Assembly (NCBI GenBank): GCA_963775425.1 | Contig: CAVZJB010000004.1 | Location: 224,001-288,000, forward strand | DNA length: 64,000 nucleotides | Reading direction: 5' to 3' | From: an uncultured delta proteobacterium | GTDB lineage: Bacteria; Myxococcota; UBA727; VGSZ01 | Shown: positions 57,978 through 64,000 of the stretch, in pieces | Layout of the letters: each line of letters opens with the position of its first letter | Position numbering within the stretch: position 1 is the stretch's first letter | Program-made: the position numbers and the translations under genes | Notes under the pieces: generated by a model | Databases searched by the model: none | Told to the model about the DNA's origin: nothing | Seen by the model: the letters and a program-made list of their open reading frames with translations, nothing else

Positions 57978-58377
57978 AAGGCTGACGAAAAACAAGGCTC
58001 GTAGCAGCACTCGGCGAAGCCGCCCACAAGGTGGCTCGCCGCGCGGAGTACGTGGCGAGGCACGTCGGCGCGCAAGAACCGCTGCAGGTTGTGAGGAAAC
58101 GGCGGGTCCGAGCGGTGTTGTGATCCCGCTATCAGCGCACGTGGCGGGTTCGTGCGGGTCGTGTGCGCGCCGACGTGCCTCGATGCAACGTCGGCGCGGA
58201 CTTCAGGCGGCGACGGCTGCCATCAGGGCGACCGTCGTCACCTTCGCTAGCCCCGTACGTAGAGCGTGTCGAGGCCAAGCTGGGCCTTGAGCACGGCGTT
58301 GGCGTGCTCGGCGAGACCCCTTCCGGGTGGCTCGGATCAACGGGCCAGCCCTCGTCGCCACACGCGTCAGCCTCTGA
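57974..58377. mobile_element. MITE-like non-coding element, copy 2
   Basis: CTGA-AAGGCTGACG...CGTCAGCCT-CTGA (9-bp perfect terminal inverted repeat AGGCTGACG/CGTCAGCCT); shares blocks with 9278-9611. Confidence 0.72.
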
Positions 58378-58389
58378 GCGCGCGAGCGC

Positions 58390-58824
58390 TCAGGCGGCGC
58401 TCGCACCGGCGGGCGGGTCGTCGGCGGGCGGGTCGCCGGCGGGCGGATCGTCGACGCGGGGGGCCCCGCGCGAGAAGGCGCGCGCCGCGTGCATCGCCGC
58501 GCCGGCGACGACGCCGACGGCGACGAAGCTGAACGACAGCGCGTGCCACGCGAGCCACGAGAGGATCACGGCGAACCCGCCGAGGCTGAGCGCGCCGACG
58601 GCGCCGGCGACGGCCGCGCGCTTGCCCATGCTCGGCATGCGCGCCACCACGGTTTCGATGAGCGTCGTGAGCCCGCCGCTCCACGCGGCGAGGACGAGGG
58701 CGGCGACGGCGACGGTGGAGAATCCGGGCCGCGCGTCGGCGGGCCCGCGCATGGCGACGAACGCGAAGATCCCCCCGCCGAACACGAGGTAGATCAAGAA
58801 GTTCAGGGTGAAGCGCGCGAGCAC
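58390..58824 (-). CDS. Hypothetical membrane protein with four TM segments
   Basis: Four hydrophobic segments; C-terminal (D/G)DPPA x3 repeat. Confidence 0.7.
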   Translation of the reverse strand: MLARFTLNFLIYLVFGGGIFAFVAMRGPADARPGFSTVAVAALVLAAWSGGLTTLIETVVARMPSMGKRAAVAGAVGALSLGGFAVILSWLAWHALSFSFVAVGVVAGAAMHAARAFSRGAPRVDDPPAGDPPADDPPAGASAA

Positions 58825-58833
58825 GGGCTGTGG

Positions 58834-60232
58834 TTACCTCGAGGCAGCGATGCCCGCACACAACGTATCGAGGCACCCGCTCGTCGTCACGCCGTCCTGA
58901 TCCGTGGGCAGCCCGTCGACGCACTGCACACCGCGCGGGCAGTCCGCGTTGGTGGTGCACGGCTTCGCGCAGAACTTGCCGAGGCTCTGCTGCTGCCCGT
59001 TCTGATCGGTGCGTTGAAGCTCGAAGCACGACGAAGGCAGATCGGCGCAGTCGTCGTTGCTCTCGCACGTCCGGCACCATGGGTCGGGCGCGACGAAGCA
59101 CTGTCCCTCGGGGATCCCCGTCGGGCACGTCGAGGGATCGTCGAACACCTCGGTGCCGCAGCAGAACTCGCCGAGGTCGCAGGACAGCTCCTTGCCGCGG
59201 CAGCCCTGCGGGTGGCACTGGCCGTCGGCGCCGCAGATCTCGAAGGAGCCGCAGTCGTCGTCGGAGTTGCAGCCGTCGACGCAGGTGGCGCTGGCGACGT
59301 CGCAGAAGGTGCGGATGAGCGGGCACTCGGCGTCGCTCTGGCAGCCCGAGCGTTGGCAGACGCCGTTCGCGTCGCACTCGGTGCCGGTGGGGCAGCCGGC
59401 AGCGGAGCCCTCCGTCGGGCACGGCGGCGCGAAGTGCCCGTCGGCGTGGCAGACGAGGTCGACGCCGTCCTGGCTCACGTGCTGGCCGAGCGGGCAGCCG
59501 GGCACGCACTGCTGCTGCCGCGGCCCGGGCTCGGTCTCGCAGATGTCGCCGGCGGGGCAGTCGGCGTCGGCGCTGCACAGCGCGAGGCACACGTCGAGGC
59601 CGGTGCAGGTCTGCCCGTCGGGGCACGCGGCGCCGCCCGCGCACGACAAGGCGCCGTCGCACAGCGCGGAGCCGCCGACGGGGACGCAGCCGTGGCCGGC
59701 GCCGACGGCGTCGCAGGAAAAGCCCGCGGGGCACGCGCCGCAGCCGGGGGCGCAGAAGCCGCCGGCGCACACCGAGGGGAGCCCCGTCGACGACTCGGCG
59801 CACTCGACGTCGTCCGTGCACGGGCCGCACGCGCCCTTGGCCCGGCGGCACACGCCCGCGCCCGGCGAGCAGTACGCCGGCGCCGTGCCGAAGCCGCAGT
59901 CGGCGGCGGGGTCGCCGCAGAAGTCGCACAGGGCGCCGTTGTGCGTGCAGTCGAGGCCGGCGACGCAGTCGCCGCTGTCGAGCTCGCAGAATCTCGCCGG
60001 CGCCGCAGTCCTCGTCGGCGGCGCAGCCGACGTCGACGGTGCCGCCGGTGCCGCCGCCGCCGCCGTCCGCGGGGCCGCCGTCGGGCCCGCCGTTTTCGCC
60101 GGGGAGCGGGCAGCCGGCGAGCGCGGTCAACGCGAGGGCGGCCAGCAGGGGGGAGCACACCGTGGCGCGGGGGCTTGCCCGGCGCGGCAGGCGAGCCGCG
60201 GCGCCACGTCGAGGAGCACGGTCAGATGCCAT
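58834..60232 (-). CDS. Cys-rich repeat lipoprotein (C..D.DC units) with an apparent +1 frameshift at about 59990
   Basis: Lipobox ALAGC in one ORF and the Cys-rich body in another. Removing one T from GAGATTCTGC joins them as DCGAGEI-CELDSGDCV (465 aa). Confidence 0.78.
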
Positions 60233-60285
60233 GGGGTGGACGCTACGGGCTCGCGTCGAGAGGGCAACGGGGTTATAGGCGGCGC

Positions 60286-61746
60286 ATGAGCCGCGTGGCG
60301 TGCGACGTGGTCGTCATCGGCGGCGAGCTCTGCGGGCTCGCCGCGGCGGCCCTCATCGCCAACCAGTCGGGACGGAGCGCGCGCGTCGTCGTCCTCGACG
60401 ACGGCGACGCCGTCACGGCCATGCCCCTCGGCGATCGCTTCGTCCCGACGGTGCCCACGCTCCTGCGCCTGCCCACGAGCGGCCCGGTGGGCGCGCTCCT
60501 CGACTCGCTCCAGCTCAAGCAGGACGCGCGGCGCGTCCTCGGCGAGCCGGGCGGCCTCGGCGTCATCGACGATCCCGATGTGCGCATGGTGGTCCCCGTC
60601 GAGGGCGAGAGCCGCGCCAAGGAGCTCGCGCGCGTGTTCGGCGCCGACGAGGGCGCGCGCACCGCCGCCCGCCTCCACGACGTCAACGCGGACGCGCGCG
60701 CCGGGCTCTACGCTGAGGCCGGGCTCATCCACGAGGACGGCTTCTTCGAGAAGCGCCGGCAGAAGCGGCGCCTCGAGGCGCTCGCCGCCATGGGGCGCAC
60801 CGAGGACGACGACCCCGCCGCGCTCGCGCTCGCGGCGGTCTCTCTCGGCGTCGCGGGCGAGCAGCTCCTTCCCTTCGTGCAGCACGCGAGCACGGGGAGC
60901 GCGCGCGGCTTCGGCGGGCTCCTCGCCGCGCTCCAGTTGCAGGCCGGCGCGCACGGCTCGAGCAAGGGCGGCCTCGGCCCGCGCGCCGCGCTCGGCGAGA
61001 TGCTCGCCGAGATCGTGCGCCGGCACCGCGGCGAGATCTTCAAGGCGAAGATCGAGGCCGTCGAGGCCGACGGAAAGACCATCACGGCCGTGAAGGCCAC
61101 CGGCGCCAACGACTACGTCGCGCGCGTCGTCATCGACGCCACCAGCGCGCGCGACATCGCCACGCGCCTGCCGGAGGGGCGGCGACGCGACAAGCTCCTC
61201 GAGGCCGAAGGCCATGTCGTCCACGGCGGCGACGCCGTGAGCGTGCGCTGGCTCGTGCCTGCGGCGGCGCTGCCGCGCGGCCTGCCCCCGCTCGCGCTGG
61301 TGCTGCGCCCGCCGCCGGCGTCGGGTGTGCTCGTCGGCGTCTACGCCGGCGCGCCGCTGCGCGAAGGGCACAAGAACGTCGGGGTCGACGACTCGCTCGT
61401 CGCCGTCGTCGGGGCCGCCGTATGCGCCACCGGGGAGGCCGAGAGCGCCGCCGCCGGCGTCGAGGCGGCCCTCGATCAGCTCTTGCCGTTCGCCAAGGAG
61501 CAGACGCGCGCCCGCGAGGTCCTCGCCGGCGGCGCCGCCCGCGCCGCGCTCGCGCCCTGGAAGGTCGTCGACAGCGAGCACGGCCTCGGCGGCCGCCGCC
61601 CGCAGACGCCGTACGCGAACCTCTTGCGCGCGGGCCGCGACCTCGTCCCCGCGCTCGGACCCGAGGGCGAGCTGATGGCCGCCCGCGCCGTCGCCGCCGC
61701 CGCCGAAGAGATGCTCGGCGCCAACAAGCGCGGCGAAGCAGCCTGA
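60286..61746 (+). CDS. Phytoene-desaturase-like FAD/NAD-binding oxidoreductase
   Basis: DVVVIGGELCGLAAAA (variant Rossmann motif); C-terminal TPYANLLRAGRDLVPALG.EG. Confidence 0.7.
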   Translation: MSRVACDVVVIGGELCGLAAAALIANQSGRSARVVVLDDGDAVTAMPLGDRFVPTVPTLLRLPTSGPVGALLDSLQLKQDARRVLGEPGGLGVIDDPDVRMVVPVEGESRAKELARVFGADEGARTAARLHDVNADARAGLYAEAGLIHEDGFFEKRRQKRRLEALAAMGRTEDDDPAALALAAVSLGVAGEQLLPFVQHASTGSARGFGGLLAALQLQAGAHGSSKGGLGPRAALGEMLAEIVRRHRGEIFKAKIEAVEADGKTITAVKATGANDYVARVVIDATSARDIATRLPEGRRRDKLLEAEGHVVHGGDAVSVRWLVPAAALPRGLPPLALVLRPPPASGVLVGVYAGAPLREGHKNVGVDDSLVAVVGAAVCATGEAESAAAGVEAALDQLLPFAKEQTRAREVLAGGAARAALAPWKVVDSEHGLGGRRPQTPYANLLRAGRDLVPALGPEGELMAARAVAAAAEEMLGANKRGEAA

Positions 61747-61883
61747 GCGTCGTCGACGGCGGGGCAAATCGTCGTCGAGGCGGCGAACGTCGTCGTGGGG
61801 TGCGGCGCGGAGAATTTCCGGGCACGTCCGTTCAGTGAGAATTGCGTCGTGGTCGGATCGACGAACGCGTCATAGGGTGACCT

Positions 61884-64000
61884 ATGAAGCTCCGCGCGAC
61901 GCCGGCGATCCGCGTGTACGATTGGATTCGCGGCACGCCGTGGGGCCTCGTCGTCATGGCGCTGATCGTCGGCATCGGCGCGGGGCTCGGCGCCATCGCG
62001 TTCCGCGCGCTCATCGTCGCCTTCACCACGCTGTTCACCGGGCACGGCACGGCCGGCCAGGCCGTGCGAGCGGTTCACCCCTACCTGCCGTTCCTCGGCG
62101 TGTTCTTCGTCGTGCTCGTGCCCATCGTCGGCGGCCTGTTGTACGGCCCGCTGATTCAGCTCTTCGCGCAGGAGGCCCGCGGCCACGGCGTCCCCGAGGT
62201 GATGCTCGCCGTCGCCGAGCGCGGCGGACGCATCCGCGGTCGCGTCGCCGTCATCAAGTCGATCGCGTCCGCGCTGTGCATCGGCGCCGGCGGCTCGGTC
62301 GGCCGCGAGGGCCCCATCGTGCAGATCGGGTCGGCCATGGGCTCGGCGCTCGGCCAGCTCGTCGGCGTCCCCGAGTCACGGCTGCGCCTCCTCGTCGCCT
62401 GCGGCGCCGCGGGCGGCATCTCGGCCACGTTCAACGCGCCCATCGCGGGCGTGATGTTCGGCCTCGAGCTCATCCTGCGCGACTTCGAGGCTGAGTCGTT
62501 CGGCGTCGTCGTCATCTCGTCCGTGGCCGCCGACGCCGTCGGCAGGAGCGCCTTCGGCTCCGAGGCCTTCCTCACGTTGCCGCAGTTCCAGCTCGTCTCC
62601 GTCGGCGAGTTCCCCCTGTACGCCATCCTCGGGCTCCTCGCCGCCTTCGCCGGCGTCGGCTTCATCCGCGGCCTCTACGGCACCGAGGACTTCGTCGACA
62701 AGATCTGGCGCGGGCCCGAGTGGTTGCGCCCGGCCGTCGGCGGCCTCGCGCTCGGCGGTCTCCTGCTCGTGCTGCCGCAACTGTACGGCGTCGGCTACCC
62801 GGGCATCGAAGACGCCATCAACGGCAACTACGGTCTCGTGCTGCTGCTCGCGCTCGTCGTCGGAAAGATCGCCGCCACCAGCGTCACCATCGCCATCGGC
62901 GGATCCGGCGGCGTCTTTGCGCCCTCGATGTTCATGGGCGCGATGCTCGGCACCGCGTACGGCGACGTCGTGCATCGGTTGTTCCCGGGCGCCACCGCGC
63001 CGCCCGGCGCGTACGGCCTCGTCGGCATGGGCGCCGTGTTCGCGGCGGCGGCGCGCGCGCCCATCACGTCGGCGATCATCATCTTCGAGCTCACCGACGA
63101 GTACCGCATCATGCTCCCCATCATGCTCGCGGTCGTCGTCGCCACCGGCGTGAGCAGCGCGCTGTCCAAGGACACCATCTATACGCTCAAGCTGCGCCGC
63201 CGCGGCATCGACGTCCGCCGCGGGCGCGCCGCGAGCTTGATGGAGCTCATCCCCGTCCGCGAGGCGATGCAGGCCGTGCCCAATCCCCTGCCCGCCGACC
63301 TGTCGCTCGCGGAGGCGATGCAGCGGCTCACCCACGAGGACCGCGACGCCCTCCCCGTCGTCGACGGCGCCGGGCGCTACCGCGGCACGGTGAACGCGCG
63401 CAGCCTCGAGGGCGCCGCGCGCGAAAACGCGCTCGACGTACCCGTCTTGCACCTCGCGCTCGACGTGCCGGCCACCCGGGTGAACGCGACGCTCGAGGAC
63501 GCGCTCGGGGCGCTCGTGCGTCACGAGATGCCCGGCATCCCGGTGCTCTCCGAGGACGGCGAGACCATCGCCGGCTGGCTCACGCACAGAGACGTGCTGC
63601 GCGCGTACTACAAGAGGCTCGCCGCGGGCGTCGACCGCGTCGAGGAGAGCGTCGGCGGCGGGCTGCCCGCGGCCGACAGGTTGCGCGGCTACCGCGTCAT
63701 CGAGCTCGCGCTCACGCGCGACCGCTTCCCCGTCGCCAAGGAGCTCGGCGCGCTCGGCTTGCCGACGTCGGCGCTGGTGCTCACGGTCCGGCGCGGAGAC
63801 GACAACATCGATCCCGCCGACAACGTCGTCCTCGAGAAGGGCGACCGCGTCGTCGTCCTCACCCGCGAAGAGACCGCCGCCGCGGTGCAGCGCGCCTTCG
63901 AGCCTCCGACGCCCGCCGCGACGGCGAGCGACGCGACGGCGACCGCCTCGGCGAGCAACACGGCGGCGAGCGACACGGCGGCGAGCGACACCGCGGCGAG
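61884..64000 (+). CDS. ClC chloride channel/transporter with a CBS pair and a TrkA_C domain (3' truncated)
   Basis: Missing from the ORF track because it runs off the window. Read from ATG 61884: GHGVPEV, GGSVGREGP, FNAPIAG, GGSGGVFAP, IYTLKL.RRG, CBS domains, then VRRGD...P...VLEKGDRV. Confidence 0.93.
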   Translation, partial: MKLRATPAIRVYDWIRGTPWGLVVMALIVGIGAGLGAIAFRALIVAFTTLFTGHGTAGQAVRAVHPYLPFLGVFFVVLVPIVGGLLYGPLIQLFAQEARGHGVPEVMLAVAERGGRIRGRVAVIKSIASALCIGAGGSVGREGPIVQIGSAMGSALGQLVGVPESRLRLLVACGAAGGISATFNAPIAGVMFGLELILRDFEAESFGVVVISSVAADAVGRSAFGSEAFLTLPQFQLVSVGEFPLYAILGLLAAFAGVGFIRGLYGTEDFVDKIWRGPEWLRPAVGGLALGGLLLVLPQLYGVGYPGIEDAINGNYGLVLLLALVVGKIAATSVTIAIGGSGGVFAPSMFMGAMLGTAYGDVVHRLFPGATAPPGAYGLVGMGAVFAAAARAPITSAIIIFELTDEYRIMLPIMLAVVVATGVSSALSKDTIYTLKLRRRGIDVRRGRAASLMELIPVREAMQAVPNPLPADLSLAEAMQRLTHEDRDALPVVDGAGRYRGTVNARSLEGAARENALDVPVLHLALDVPATRVNATLEDALGALVRHEMPGIPVLSEDGETIAGWLTHRDVLRAYYKRLAAGVDRVEESVGGGLPAADRLRGYRVIELALTRDRFPVAKELGALGLPTSALVLTVRRGDDNIDPADNVVLEKGDRVVVLTREETAAAVQRAFEPPTPAATASDATATASASNTAASDTAASDTAA
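63951..64000 (+). repeat. 15-bp tandem repeat (TAASD)n in the ClC tail
   Basis: GCGAGC(A/G)ACAC(G/C)GCG repeated at least three times up to the window end. Confidence 0.8.

Noticed and set aside
719-63991. Many long Arg/Ala/Pro-rich ORFs in the six-frame track (e.g. 719-2368, 19569-22364, 41190-43514, 53407-55842)
   Set aside because: These are shadow frames of real genes in high-GC DNA; they have no motifs and overlap well-supported CDSs.
1-64000. tRNA, rRNA, prophage, transposase or toxin-antitoxin genes
   Set aside because: None recognisable by eye; the intergenic gaps are short apart from the two repeat elements. A tRNAscan or Infernal run would be needed to exclude small RNAs.

Overview
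Very high-GC bacterial chromosomal DNA. Gene content (group-1 mglBA, an Agl/Glt-type motor cluster, Hanks-type kinase, FHA protein, many Cys-rich and (GE)n lipoproteins) points to a myxobacterium-like deltaproteobacterium (Myxococcota or a relative); this is inference. It holds about 55 densely packed genes: rplS-(degenerate SMC-like)-rnhB-yraN-rsmI, gshA/gshB, ugd, kptA with a divergent LysR, ybaB-sthA-recR-mglB-mglA running directly into a TPR-TPR-TPR-gltF-like/ExbB/ExbD/ExbD/gltG-like cluster, FHA-uvrC-Ser/Thr kinase, a two-component system with an RND efflux set, metH, a NadD-like/NAD kinase fusion, and a ClC-CBS-TrkA_C protein cut by the window end. I found no rRNA, tRNA, CRISPR array, transposase or phage gene. 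Main observations: (1) a complete Agl-Glt core set co-oriented with mglBA, in which one ExbD-like subunit has Asn at the conserved proton-conducting Asp; (2) two copies of a modular, hairpin-rich MITE-like element, both starting at a CTGA stop codon; (3) three independent +1 frameshifts, all in the same GAGATTCT context (expected GAGATCT), most simply a methylation-linked sequencing artefact; (4) TANNNT boxes 5-7 nt before many start codons, suggesting leaderless transcription; (5) a NadD-like/NadK fusion, a double-HTH basic protein and a membrane-anchored SMC-like protein with degenerate ATPase motifs. All family assignments come from motif recognition by eye, not database searches.
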